Source: an uncultured Armatimonadetes bacterium
Lineage (GTDB): Bacteria > Armatimonadota > Hebobacteria > Hebobacterales > Hebobacteraceae
Direction: 5' to 3'
Assembly: GCA_963716175.1 (NCBI GenBank)
Contig: OY970296.1
Coordinates: forward strand, 384,001 to 448,000
Length of the DNA stretch: 64,000 bases
The notes under the pieces are model-generated. The model searched no databases. It was not told the DNA's origin and worked only from the letters and a program-made list of their open reading frames with translations. Positions 1 through 10,145 of this stretch are shown here, piece by piece. Positions within the stretch are counted from its first letter, which is position 1, and every line of letters begins with the position of its first letter. A program made the position numbers and the translations under genes.

Positions 1-1020
1 TTCACGCTCTACGCCGTGGGCCTGATACCGTCGGTCCTGCTGAACGGCTACCTGTCCGAGGTGATGGGCCGGCGGCTGATCATGCTCGCGGCTATCGGCA
101 TGATGGCCCTGGCCTGCGCGCTGCTTGGGCTCATCACCACCGCTGGCGGGCCGCGTAGCTTCTCGCTTGTGCTGGCCGCGATGGTTCTGCTCGGATATGG
201 GGGCGGTGGCATCGAGACCCTGACCAACATCCTGGTCAACGATGACAATCAGCCGGCCCCGGCCTTCGCCCTCAACGTCACCCACGCTTTCTTCGCCATC
301 GGCGCCGTGCTCTCGCCGCTCGCGGTCAGCCTCCTGCTGCGGTCGCATCTCGCCTGGCAGCTCGTCTTCTACGGCAACGCGGCCCTGCTGGCCGCTCTGG
401 TGGTTGTGCTGATCCCGCAGCGGATGCCCTCCGCGACCAGTGAGCCGTTCCCGCCTCGGGCCGCGCTCGAACTGCTGCGGTCCTCGCTGGTGTGGATGCT
501 CCTGGCCATGATCGCGCTGTATGTGGGTGCGGAGACTGGCCTGGCGGCCTGGGTGAGTCCGCTGATGGAGACCGTGCTGGGCGCAAAGAGAGACGTCGCC
601 GGCCTCTCCGTGTCCGCCTTCTGGGCGCTCATGATCGTAGGCCGGCTGGTGGTGAGCCCTCTCTCGGTGAGACTCCGGCCTCCGCCCTTGCTCTTCGTGC
701 TCGGCCTGGGCAGCGCCCTCAGCTCGCTCGCAGTCGCCTATGCCAGCGACTCGGCCGGTTGCCTGATCGCCGCCGGGGCCGCGGGTCTCTTCATGTCCGG
801 TATCTTCGCCCTGGTTCTGGTGGACGCGTCTCGACACTTCCCACGGCGGCTGGGGGCAGTGTTCGGCATCATGATGGTCGGCGTGGGCCTCGGGTCGCTG
901 ATCATCCCGGCCGCGATGGGATGGATCTCCGCGGTCGCCGGCCTGCGGGTGGCAATGGCCGTTCCCGCCGCCCTGCTGGGCGCGGTGGCGCTCGCCTATC
1001 TCGCGCGGTGGTCACAGTAG
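1..1020 (+). CDS. MFS transporter (5' end outside window)
   Basis: Frame open from base 1; many hydrophobic helices; MFS loop motif G-YLSEVMGRR; FucP/TsgA-like HAFFAIGAVLSP. Confidence 0.85.
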   Translation, partial: FTLYAVGLIPSVLLNGYLSEVMGRRLIMLAAIGMMALACALLGLITTAGGPRSFSLVLAAMVLLGYGGGGIETLTNILVNDDNQPAPAFALNVTHAFFAIGAVLSPLAVSLLLRSHLAWQLVFYGNAALLAALVVVLIPQRMPSATSEPFPPRAALELLRSSLVWMLLAMIALYVGAETGLAAWVSPLMETVLGAKRDVAGLSVSAFWALMIVGRLVVSPLSVRLRPPPLLFVLGLGSALSSLAVAYASDSAGCLIAAGAAGLFMSGIFALVLVDASRHFPRRLGAVFGIMMVGVGLGSLIIPAAMGWISAVAGLRVAMAVPAALLGAVALAYLARWSQ

Positions 1021-1194
1021 ATCTTCCGGCAAGGGACTGCCCTCGCTGGGGACAAGTTCTGCCGGGTGACGGGACTCTCCGAAGGTCCCCTGTTCCTGCC
1101 TGGCGAAAGGGGAGCGGTCCGGGAAGGAAGCGCGCCGTTCCGGCGCGCCTTCGTGCCCGGCCACACCGATCTCGACTATGGAGGGAATGAGAAC

Positions 1195-2508
1195 ATGCCC
1201 AAGACTGTGATCATCGGTGCTGGCAGCGGCTTCGGGAGCAGGCTGTCCGTGGACATTCTGGCGCACCCAGGGCTGCGCGAAGGCACCATCGCGCTGGTGG
1301 ACATAGACAAGAAGAGAAACGACTTCGTCGCCGCCTACGTGAAGCGGGCGGCCCGCGAGTTCGGCGCCAAGGTGGAGGTAGTGGCGACCACGGACCGCCG
1401 CGAGGCGCTCCCGGGGGCTGATTTCGTGGTCACGAGCTTTCACATCGGTGGGCCCGCCTATACGGGCAAGCCCTACTACTACGACGTGGAAATCCCGAAC
1501 AAGTACGGAGTCTACCAGACGGTCGCTGACACGATCGGTGCAGGGGGGGTCGTTCGCTTCCTGCGCACCATGCCCACCTTGGCGGAGATGCTGCGGGACA
1601 TGGAGGAACTGTGCCCGCAGGCCTGCGTCCTCAACTACGTTAACCCCATGGGCATGCTCACCTGGGCGGCCAACGAGACCGCAGACCTGCGCTTCATCGG
1701 GCTCTGCCATTCGGTGCAGGGGACAGCGGAAGATATCGCTGAGCTGCTGGGAATGCCGCAGCATGAACTCTGGTACCGCGCGGCAGGCATCAACCACATG
1801 GCCTGGTTCCTGGAGCTGCGCCGGGGCGATGAGGACCTGTATCCCAAGTTTCGGGAGCTCTCGGAGAGCAACCAGGAGTGGCGAGAGCGCAACTACGTCC
1901 GCAGTGACATCATGCGGAGCTTCGGCTACTTCCCATGCGAGAGCTCGCGCCACCACGCCGAGTACTACCCGTACTTCCGCAAGCATGAGAAGGCTCTCGC
2001 GCACTATCACCAGGACGGCCCTCGCATGATAGATCCGAACGCCGGGTACGAGCGCCGCGACGCGCGCTGGCAGAGCGAAGAGATGCAGGCGATCCTGTCG
2101 GGCGAGAGAGAGATCGACCTGAGCGCCAGCAACGAGTTCGCCGCCACCATCATCAACTCGATGGTGACCGGGCAGGTGAGCAGCATCTACGCCAATGTGA
2201 AGAACCGCGGACACATCCCAAACCTGCCGCCGGACTGCATCGTCGAGGTGCCCGCGCTGGTGGATCACAATGGATGGCAACCCTGCTACTTCGGCTCTCT
2301 TCCGGCGCAGTGCGCCGCCCTCAACACCGCCCACGTGTCGGTGCAGCGCGTCGCTGTCGAGGCATGGAAGCAGGCGAGCCGCGACAGAGCGATCCAGGCG
2401 ATCATGCTCGACCCGCTGACGGCCGCCGTCCTGACGCTGGATGGGGCCAGGGCGATGGCGAATGAGCTGCTGGACAGCCAGCCGGCGCTGCTCGGCTACC
2501 TGAAGTAG
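1195..2508 (+). CDS. melA: Family 4 glycoside hydrolase (NAD+-dependent alpha-galactosidase, MelA-like)
   Basis: IIGAGSGF Rossmann motif, QTVADTIGAGG, LNYVNPM, IGLCHSVQGT, AGINHMAW; ATG 1195 preceded by GGAGG. Confidence 0.85.
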   Translation: MPKTVIIGAGSGFGSRLSVDILAHPGLREGTIALVDIDKKRNDFVAAYVKRAAREFGAKVEVVATTDRREALPGADFVVTSFHIGGPAYTGKPYYYDVEIPNKYGVYQTVADTIGAGGVVRFLRTMPTLAEMLRDMEELCPQACVLNYVNPMGMLTWAANETADLRFIGLCHSVQGTAEDIAELLGMPQHELWYRAAGINHMAWFLELRRGDEDLYPKFRELSESNQEWRERNYVRSDIMRSFGYFPCESSRHHAEYYPYFRKHEKALAHYHQDGPRMIDPNAGYERRDARWQSEEMQAILSGEREIDLSASNEFAATIINSMVTGQVSSIYANVKNRGHIPNLPPDCIVEVPALVDHNGWQPCYFGSLPAQCAALNTAHVSVQRVAVEAWKQASRDRAIQAIMLDPLTAAVLTLDGARAMANELLDSQPALLGYLK

Positions 2509-2564
2509 GTCTTTACTCACGGGCCGGCGCAGGAAGGGATACCTGCCTTCCCATCCCAACGGCC

Positions 2565-2599
2565 GGCGGGTACCCGCCTTCGGCGGATGCCCGCCCTAC
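2565..2599 (-). repeat. REP-like palindrome (GTAGGGCGGGCA...TACCCGCC) with a nested CCGCCGAAGGCGG palindrome
   Basis: GTAG foot plus GGCGGG/CCCGCC stem; same family as 13590-13661. Confidence 0.6.
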
Positions 2600-2609
2600 A
2601 GGACAGCGG

Positions 2610-4581
2610 ATGCGGCCCGCCCGGAGGCAGGCGAACCTGAAGAGCGCGGAGGCGCCGACTGGCGTGACGCTCCGGGCGCTAGTCGTTGGCCTGGTGCTGA
2701 CACCGCTCAACGTCGTCTTCATCGTGCACGCCACCATGCTTCAGGGCGGCTTCCGCTTCACCGGGCGGCACAGCCTGTTCGTGAACACGGTGGCGGTGCT
2801 CTTCGCGTTGTCCCTGCTGAACCGCTGGCTGCGGCGGCGGCGCTCCCGGTTGACCTTCGGCTCCGGCGAGATGCTGACCATCTACCTGATGCTGGGGGTA
2901 AGCACGGGGCTGATCTCCAGTGCCTTCGATCTCGGCGGGTCGCTGGCCGGGACCATCACCTACCCATTCTGGTTTGCAACGAAGGAAAACGCCTGGCGCG
3001 AGCTGCTCTGGCCCAATCTTCCGACCTGGCTGACAGTCCAGGATCGGAGCGCGCTCGAAGAGCTTCTACGTGGGCGGCGTCAACCCATACACCTGGTCTG
3101 CTTTCCAGGTGTGGCTGACCCCCGCCCTCTGGTATGCCGCCTACGTGGGGGCCACGATGTGGGTCTGTCTCTGCCTGAACTCCATCGTGCGGCGCCGCTG
3201 GGAGGATGAGGAGCGGCTGCCCTTCCCGCTCACCGTGCTGCCGCTGCAAGTCGCCGACGAGAACCCGTCGCTCTTCGGCAGCAGGCTGTGGTGGATCGGG
3301 ATCGGGCTTGCGGTCGCGCTTGGGGCGTGGAACACGGCCGCCGGCCTGGCGCCGAGCTTGCCCGTGATTCCGATGGGCATTGACTACAGCTCGTACGTGG
3401 AGAATCACCCTCCCTGGGATTTCCTTCGCTTCACGCAATTCGAATGGCAGCCATTCGCCATCGGCCTCTGCTACCTGATGCCACTCGACCTGGCGCTCTC
3501 CCTGTTCGTGTTCGACCTGTTCTGGATGGCGGAGTACGTGCTGGCCGGTCACTTCGGCTGGTCCACGGGTTCCTGGTCTGGGTTTCCCTATGGGGACGAG
3601 CAGAGTGCGGGGGGCTACTTCGCGCTGCTGGTGGCTGCGCTCTGGCTGGACCGGCATTATCTGGCGCAGGTGGTCCGGAGAGTGCTCGGGCTGAAGTCAG
3701 AGATGCGCGAGGAGGCGCAGGAGGCGCTCTCCTACCGCGGCGCCGCGATCGGCATGGCTCTTGGGCTGGCCTTCCTGTTCTGGTTCCTGGGCCGAGGCGG
3801 GATGCAGCCCTGGGTGGCGCTCGCCTTCCTCGCCATCTACTTCCCCATGATGCTGGTGATCTCTCGCCTGCGAGCGCAACTGGGGCCGCCCACGCACCAG
3901 CTTTACCTCACCACGCCAAACTGGGTGCTGCCCGCGCTGGCGGGGACGCAGACGCTCGGGGCCAAGACCATGGGCATGTTCGCCATGCTCAGCCCATTCC
4001 TGATGGAGCAGCGCAATAACCCGGTCGGCCTGCAGTTGGAGGCCTTCCGCATGGCCGAGGGGGGCCGCATGCAGCGCCGCCGGATTGCGTTCGCCATGGC
4101 CCTGGTGCCGCCCATCGCCATCTTCGTCTACTTCTGGGCGAGCATGGAGGTCTGCTACAAAGTCGGGCTGGCCAGCACCATCGGCTACTACCCGTACCTC
4201 CATGTGCCCTACGGGAACATCACCACCCTGGCGGACGCGGTGCGCTACCCGGCGGGGATGAACAGCTCGGCTTCCCTCGCCATGGGCGTGGGGCTGATGA
4301 TGACCCTGGCGCTGATGGCGCTGAAGCTGCGCTTCCAGTGGTGGCCGCTTCACCCGGTTGCCTTCCCGGTCGGCCTTGCCTCCACCATCCAGGCGCTCAC
4401 TCTGGTCATCTTCGTGACCTGGCTGGTCAAGGCGCTGCTGCTGCGCTACGGGGGGCTGCGCGCTCACCGTACTGCCCTGCCTTTCTTCCTGGGCTTGCTG
4501 GCGGGCGGAGCCACAGAGGCGATGCTCCGGCGATGCCTGTCGCTGCTGCTCGGGGTCAACCTGTCGTTCCTGGCGACGTGA
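2610..4581 (+). CDS. DUF6785/DUF6784-type polytopic membrane protein (putative OPT-like transporter), frameshift near 3061
   Basis: ORFs 2610..3209 and 3070..4581 join into one protein collinear with the paralogue at 18778-20874: VTxRA, RRRWEDEERLPFPL, WWPLHPV, LLRYGGLR. Confidence 0.75.
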
Positions 4582-4595
4582 AATGGCAGGCAGGT

Positions 4596-5659
4596 TCACT
4601 CGGCCCGCTGCAGCACCTGCGCCAGGATCTCTGCGCAGTAAGTGCAGCCTCGGCAGTCGTGCCCGCATGAGGAGACGCGGTCAAACCAGTCGCGTGGGAA
4701 CCTGGTGTTGTCAATCACGTGGCCTCGCAGCAGCTGACCGTGGCCCGGCTCCAGCAGATCGAGGAGGTTGCCCCGGAAGCTCCTGCGAGCATAGGCCGCA
4801 ATCACCTGTCCGGGACGCTGGTGCATCCTGGTGGCGAGCTTGGCGACGGCGAAGTCGGCTTCGTAGTGGTGCAGATCCTCCGGCCTGATCCAGGTCGCCT
4901 GCACCAGGGAGACCCAGTTCTCGGGCTGGTCCAGGAAGCGCTGGCAGACCAGTACGCCCGGGGGGACGTCGCTCGCGCCGTCCAGCCCCTGGGCGAAGCC
5001 GGGGTGGCGGCCCGGCGGGCCTAGCCACTCCCCCTCGTGCGCTACCAGGTTGTCGTGGAAGGTCTGGCCTGAGCAGGAGTAGAGGCAACCCGAGTTCGCC
5101 AGCAGGCACAGGGTCTTCCCGTTCCTCCGGCACCACTGCGCCACGTCAGCGATCCGCTCACGGTCGCGGTTGTACTCACGCTGGAGGTGAAAGCTGTCGA
5201 AGACGTCCGCAAGGTAGCGCATACCCTCCACAGTGCCGATTCGCATGTTGACCGAGGCGCGGGTCTCGAGTTCGGGGAAAGCCCGCTTGATCACCGCCGC
5301 GATGAACGGCGAGGCCGTGGTTACGGTGTCCAGCCCCGCCGCGCCCAGCAGATGATCAACCAGTGAGGTGATATGATCCGCCAGCCGCGTGGAGGCCGCG
5401 CCAGGGCCGTAGCAATTCGCATTGCACAGCAGATCGAGCCGGAGGCCCATTCGCGGAGGGCCCTCAGATCGGACTCGAGGCATTGCTGTGCCGTCGGGTC
5501 AACGCGCCCGCCAGTGCCGCCGCTCACCGAGCGTCCCGAGGGCTCACCGGTCCAGGCGAAGTAGACCTCCCCGATCTGGTCGCGGAATTCCGCGACGCTT
5601 TCCAGGAAGCCCGAGTCGCGGACCTCCGCCAGGACGGGCAGACCCACGGCTAGCTTCAT
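4596..5659 (-). CDS. Peptidase U32-like Fe-S protein, frameshift near 5451
   Basis: N-part MKLAVG...GEVYFAW..SGRS joins GLRLDLLCNANCYG; RASVNMRI, LQREYNRD, LLANSGCLYSC, WIRPEDLHHYE, KLATR, C-terminal CxxxCxxCxxC. Confidence 0.65.
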
Positions 5660-5669
5660 GGCCGCCAGC

Positions 5670-6665
5670 TCAACCCGTGAGTTCCCACGGCGGGCGCTTC
5701 CGGAACGGGCTCTTGAAAGTGTTGGCCAGCTTGCCGGATTCCTCGAGGTGGATCATGCAGGCCCGCATGCAGCCGCGACCGCCACAGATCGCCGCCGGAT
5801 GGTGAAAGCTCTCCAGGGCGTTCCGGATGTAGGGAAGGTCACGCTGCAGCCGATCGCCCAACCCCTCCCACGATCTTCGGCCCCTGTCGTCCGCGGCTGA
5901 CTCGTCCATCACCTCGCGCATGAGCTGCGCCATCTCCTCGTTGAGGAATGGGTTGAACTCCGGCGAGGCCGCTTGCCATCCTACAAAGCACTTGCTGGTA
6001 TCGAGGTCGTTCCACTCCAGCTCGCGGCCGGCCACTCTGACCTTGACTGTCTTGTCGGCCGAGATGGCGCCAACCGGACAGTCCTGGGCGCACCGCAGGC
6101 AGCGGTCGCAGAGCGGTGGGCCAGAGTAGAGTGAATCGGGTTCCAGCGGCGCATCGGTGAGCACGAAAGCGAAGCGCTGACGGGGTCCGAACTGCGGCGT
6201 GAGGAAAACCTTGCTGTAGCCGATCTCTCCCAGGCCGCAGATGAAAGCGGATATCCGGAAGTGAAGGAAGACGTCGGGCGCGGGAAGACCAGGGGCTACG
6301 GGCCTCCCGGCATTAGTGCCTAGCCGCACGCTGGTGTTGCTGTAGAGCATAGCTTCGTATCCCTGGTCCTCAATGAAGGACCCCAGCTCGCGCAGCACGA
6401 GAGGCGCATGGACGTCGTTCACGTTGGCGTAACCCAGTGACGGATAGGCCGCGAAAAAGGTGCCCTCTTCGATGCCGCGGAACAGCCCCCGATGGATCCG
6501 AAAGCCGAGGCCGATGATGCATCGCGCCTCTGGGAAGATGTGGCGGGGATCGAACTCCCGCGGGGCACCCTCGAACCGGTCCATGCCGCCGATCCCAACC
6601 AGGTCGGCTCCGGCTCGTCGGGCTGCTTTCTTGACCGCGAGCGTGAGGCCGTCGGCCATTTCCAC
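5670..6665 (-). CDS. Epoxyqueuosine reductase (QueG)/reductive dehalogenase-like cobalamin and 4Fe-4S protein
   Basis: GADLVGIG, GLGEIGYSKVFLTPQFGPRQRF..VLTDAPLEPD, CDRCLRCAQDCPVGAI, second cluster C...CGGRGCMRAC; GGAGG RBS. Confidence 0.8.
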   Translation of the reverse strand: MEMADGLTLAVKKAARRAGADLVGIGGMDRFEGAPREFDPRHIFPEARCIIGLGFRIHRGLFRGIEEGTFFAAYPSLGYANVNDVHAPLVLRELGSFIEDQGYEAMLYSNTSVRLGTNAGRPVAPGLPAPDVFLHFRISAFICGLGEIGYSKVFLTPQFGPRQRFAFVLTDAPLEPDSLYSGPPLCDRCLRCAQDCPVGAISADKTVKVRVAGRELEWNDLDTSKCFVGWQAASPEFNPFLNEEMAQLMREVMDESAADDRGRRSWEGLGDRLQRDLPYIRNALESFHHPAAICGGRGCMRACMIHLEESGKLANTFKSPFRKRPPWELTG

Positions 6666-6883
6666 ACCTCCTCCGGGCCCTCGGCTGTGGGAGCCCGGTC
6701 CACCGGGCGACCTCCTCCATGGTTTCCCTGCGCAACAGTCCGCCTCCTGTATCGTACTGGGCCCCGAGGGGGGTGGCAGGCACTATCCGGCCCATGGGGA
6801 ATCAAGACGGCGGTATGTGTAGAGTGCCGATCGCCTGGGCCGTTGCAGTGTGGCCAGAGGCGCCAAAGGAGGGGTGGATTCCT

Positions 6884-8290
6884 ATGCCGCTGATCATACT
6901 GGTGCTGACACTGCTCGCGCTGGCGCTAGCCGCTGGCGCCCAGCCGCCTCGCGTGTTTGACCCAAATGATCGCGAGATCGTGGACGCCTTTCTCCAGGAA
7001 ACAGCCATGGTTCCCGCGCAATTCAGCGCGGAGGAGTGTGCCCGTCTGGCCGACGAGGACGCAGATGAAACCGAGGCCGTCACCTGGCAGGCGATGCCCT
7101 ACCTGCGTATGCCGCTGACCGCCTATCAGCTCACTGGTGACCGAAAGTACCTCGACCTCTTCGTGCAGGCGTTTGATAGCCTCCGCTCCGCCCTGAGCGT
7201 CGGCCCGGACGGCTTCTTGGGCTGGTACGGTAAGACTGATCCCGACTATCGGGATCCCGATGACCCTGACCGCAAGAACGATGCCATCATCTCGAGCTTC
7301 AGCACGGCGGAGACGGTCTGCGACTTCCTTTCTCTGATATCCCAGGATACCGAACTGAGCCGGAAGTACGCGCAGCAGCGCACCCAGTACCTGGACCTGG
7401 TGGAGAACCAGCTGGTGAAGAAGCACGAGGCGCGGGGGGACTTCGTGGATCTCGGCAGCGAGGGCGCCGTCTACCGCAGCCCTCCACGTGCGCTCAAGCC
7501 CGATTCCGCGCGCCTGACCCTGCCCCACAACAAGCACTCGATCATCCTTCGCGGCCTGCTCGCCCTCTACCGGGTGACGGGCAAGGACGAGTACATGCGG
7601 AAGGCAGTCCAGATCGGCACGCGCTTCAAGCACTGCCTGGTGCTGAAGGACGGCCATTACGAGTGGAACTACTGGGATCCAGCAGGCGAGTGGGATGTCA
7701 GCCCCCGCGACCACGACCGGTGGAAGCACTGGATGGGCCCGGAACACCGCGGGGGCTACTACGCGCTCAGCGTTGCGCAGGCAGTCGCGCTCTATGAGTA
7801 CGGACTGGTGTTCGACAGGACCGATATAGACCGGTTTCTGAAGACCCAGCTCGAGAGGTGCTGGAATGGCGATATGGTCAACCCCCAGTGGTCGCGTGTG
7901 GACGGCACCAGGCCGCCCGAATACACCCAGGGCGCGTACATCGCCACCGCGCTGGCGCCCTTCAGCGACAAGGTGGCGGCCTTCCTGTTCACGGGTGACC
8001 GCCAGGAGGAGCGTCGGAAGAGCATCGGCGATTCGTGGCAGGGAGGGCCGGTGACGGGCGGGTGGCTGCACGCAAAGCTGGTGGACTTCCCTGCCAGGAA
8101 GGGAGAGCAGCAGCGTTACCTGGATTACGGCCGGAAGTTCCTCGCCAAACCCTCCACACGGCCGGCAGGCAAGCCCGAGAATCGGCGCCTGGTGGAGGAG
8201 CTGACCCTCGCGGTAACGCCGCCTGGCTATCGGCCCCCCACTTCGCCCGCCCAGATGAGGCCAATGCCGCCGGAGCCCGAACCGCGCTGA
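6884..8290 (+). CDS. Secreted hypothetical protein, probable alpha/alpha-toroid carbohydrate-active enzyme
   Basis: AAGGAGG upstream; Sec signal MPLIILVLTLLALALAAGA; repeated Y-x-x-TG-x-x-x-Y helical hairpin motifs (AYQLTGDRKY, LYRVTGKDEY). Confidence 0.6.
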   Translation: MPLIILVLTLLALALAAGAQPPRVFDPNDREIVDAFLQETAMVPAQFSAEECARLADEDADETEAVTWQAMPYLRMPLTAYQLTGDRKYLDLFVQAFDSLRSALSVGPDGFLGWYGKTDPDYRDPDDPDRKNDAIISSFSTAETVCDFLSLISQDTELSRKYAQQRTQYLDLVENQLVKKHEARGDFVDLGSEGAVYRSPPRALKPDSARLTLPHNKHSIILRGLLALYRVTGKDEYMRKAVQIGTRFKHCLVLKDGHYEWNYWDPAGEWDVSPRDHDRWKHWMGPEHRGGYYALSVAQAVALYEYGLVFDRTDIDRFLKTQLERCWNGDMVNPQWSRVDGTRPPEYTQGAYIATALAPFSDKVAAFLFTGDRQEERRKSIGDSWQGGPVTGGWLHAKLVDFPARKGEQQRYLDYGRKFLAKPSTRPAGKPENRRLVEELTLAVTPPGYRPPTSPAQMRPMPPEPEPR

Positions 8291-8309
8291 AGCGGCCCTC
8301 TGCCCACGG

Positions 8310-9479
8310 CTAGGCCGGGGCGTCGCCCCAATCCGGCACCTCTAGCACCTCACCGCCTCTCAGCGCCGATTTGTGTGCCATCACACCCGGCGCCATGTAC
8401 CGCGCCGCTTCCCAGGCGTTGATCGCGGGCGTCCTGTTGTTGGCAATGGCATCCACAAACTCGTGCGCCAGGTAGGCGTGCGAGCCGCCGTGCCCCCCAT
8501 AGACTCCCTCACCTGTGCTGCCAGCGCGGAACGCCTCCAGCACTTCCGGCGGCAGGGGATCGCGCATCTCCGATTCGGTCAAGGGCACTGAGCGGGTCTT
8601 ATCACACCAGCGGTCGTTCTCGAATGACCCCTTGGTGCCGTAGATTCGGAATGTCTCGCGCCCCGGCAACCCGATCTCGCGATGCTCGCAGATTCGCACC
8701 GCGGCCCCGTTGCTCATGAGGAAGAGCGCAGTCTCGTTGCTCGGCCCGTTGCCGAAGTAGCTGTCGCCCGTGCGGTTGTAGTAGGGAAGGGCGCAGACCT
8801 TCATCATGTGCGCTCGCATCACGGAGACGGGGCCTGAGGTGGAATGGGTCGGGTAATGCATCGGGCCCGAGACAATCCGGCGGTCCGCATAGGCCTTGGA
8901 TTGCCTCGCCCATTCCTGGCCGGCCTTCGATGCCAGGCGCGCCCGCTCGACCTCTCGCAGATTGGAGTAGGGGCTGTCCACGTCGTGCAAGTACTCGCCT
9001 TCGGCGTACACGAAATCCCCGAAGGCCCCCTCCGCCCCGCGGCGGCGGCAGTACATCGCCTCCGGGCGATAGTAGGTAGTTTCCCCCAACATGTAGCGCA
9101 TCCCGGTGCGTCGGCAGGTCTCGATGATCCGGTCGCACCAATCCAGGATTTCGTCTCCATCCGGCAGCCAGACCACCGGGACCGCGCTGTAGACGTGCTT
9201 CCCGGACTCCATGGCCTGTATCGCCTGCGGCGCGTGAAGCCAGGGCTGGGTGATGATCACCAGCGCGTCGAGATCAGCGCCACAGATGTCGTCGAGGGAG
9301 TAATAGGCATCCGATTCCCGGAACTTGTCACGCCAAGACTCTCGGGTGGCGAATGCTGCTACCCTCTCCGGCTCGCGGTCGCAGAGGGCAATGCGATCCA
9401 CTAACGGATGGTTCTTGAACAGATCTGCGAATTCGGACCCGAAAAGCCCTAACCCGACAAGCCCCAGGCTAACCCCCAC
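8310..9479 (-). CDS. Gfo/Idh/MocA family NAD(P)-dependent oxidoreductase
   Basis: GLVGLGLFG, GKHVYSAVP, AEGEYLHD, YPTHS, GGHGGSH. Confidence 0.9.
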   Translation of the reverse strand: MGVSLGLVGLGLFGSEFADLFKNHPLVDRIALCDREPERVAAFATRESWRDKFRESDAYYSLDDICGADLDALVIITQPWLHAPQAIQAMESGKHVYSAVPVVWLPDGDEILDWCDRIIETCRRTGMRYMLGETTYYRPEAMYCRRRGAEGAFGDFVYAEGEYLHDVDSPYSNLREVERARLASKAGQEWARQSKAYADRRIVSGPMHYPTHSTSGPVSVMRAHMMKVCALPYYNRTGDSYFGNGPSNETALFLMSNGAAVRICEHREIGLPGRETFRIYGTKGSFENDRWCDKTRSVPLTESEMRDPLPPEVLEAFRAGSTGEGVYGGHGGSHAYLAHEFVDAIANNRTPAINAWEAARYMAPGVMAHKSALRGGEVLEVPDWGDAPA

Positions 9480-9517
9480 GATTCCGCTCCTATCAACAGG
9501 ATGACGACGGCGGCAAA

Positions 9518-9766
9518 TCAGCGCGACAGCAGATAGTCAAGTCCCATCCCCAGCAAGGCCTCCCTGACCTGGTCCGGACCGACCTCGACCTTCTCCGTTT
9601 CTCCGCTCACAGTTCTGGCCGCCCCACCCTCCGGGGTCTTTGCCAGGCCAACAGCTCTCTGCCGGAGGACCTTCTTGAACTCCGAGGACGCAGCCAGCAC
9701 GAGGTCGGCTGCTTCTCGGCTGAACTGGATCTCGATCTCGAACACCCTGAACTTTCCTTTTCCCAT
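9518..9766 (-). CDS. Small protein with a histone-fold-like alpha2-L2-alpha3-alphaC segment
   Basis: GAGGTG RBS 5 nt before ATG 9766; FSREAADLVLAASSEF..L...A...A...EKVEVGPDQVREALLGMGLDYLL. Confidence 0.6.
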   Translation of the reverse strand: MGKGKFRVFEIEIQFSREAADLVLAASSEFKKVLRQRAVGLAKTPEGGAARTVSGETEKVEVGPDQVREALLGMGLDYLLSR

Positions 9767-9941
9767 GTTCACACCTCGGTTGACTCAGCCTTTCGCCCTT
9801 TTTTCCCCCTTCTCTCAGGAACCTGCGTCCCCTCTCCGGCCATTAGACGCTCTTGCCCTTCCTATCGTCCGATTTCCGCTCGGCACATCCGCCGAGTTTG
9901 CGGTGAAGACCGCGCAATCTCTCTGCGGCGACCCGAAGTGG

Positions 9942-9970
9942 TTGACAACAGGAGGGCAATGAAGTGCAAT
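9942..9970 (+). promoter_or_regulatory. Putative sigma70 promoter upstream of the aminotransferase
   Basis: TTGACA-17 nt-TGCAAT. Confidence 0.4.
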
Positions 9971-10145
9971 GAGTGTGGATAGAGAATCTGGAGAGGATGG
10001 TTTGGCGCGACCATCTGATGGTGTTCGCACAAAGAAGTAATGTGCGAACGCCGCTCTGGGCCCGTCTGAGCAGTTGCCTGAGCTTCGCGCCCTCACTTCT
10101 TTGAGCGAAGCTCACTAATGCGTGTCGAGCCCGAAGAGGAGACCA

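Noticed and set aside
1110-1155. GGTCCGGGAAGGAAGCG resembling SRP RNA domain IV
   Set aside because: It lacks the conserved CAGG and AGCAG flanks and a long enclosing helix; better explained by a local GC hairpin
8146-8176. Possible repeat insertion (KPSTRPAGKP; CCGGCAGGCAAGC) in the secreted protein
   Set aside because: Only a partial match with a single copy in the window; needs orthologue alignment
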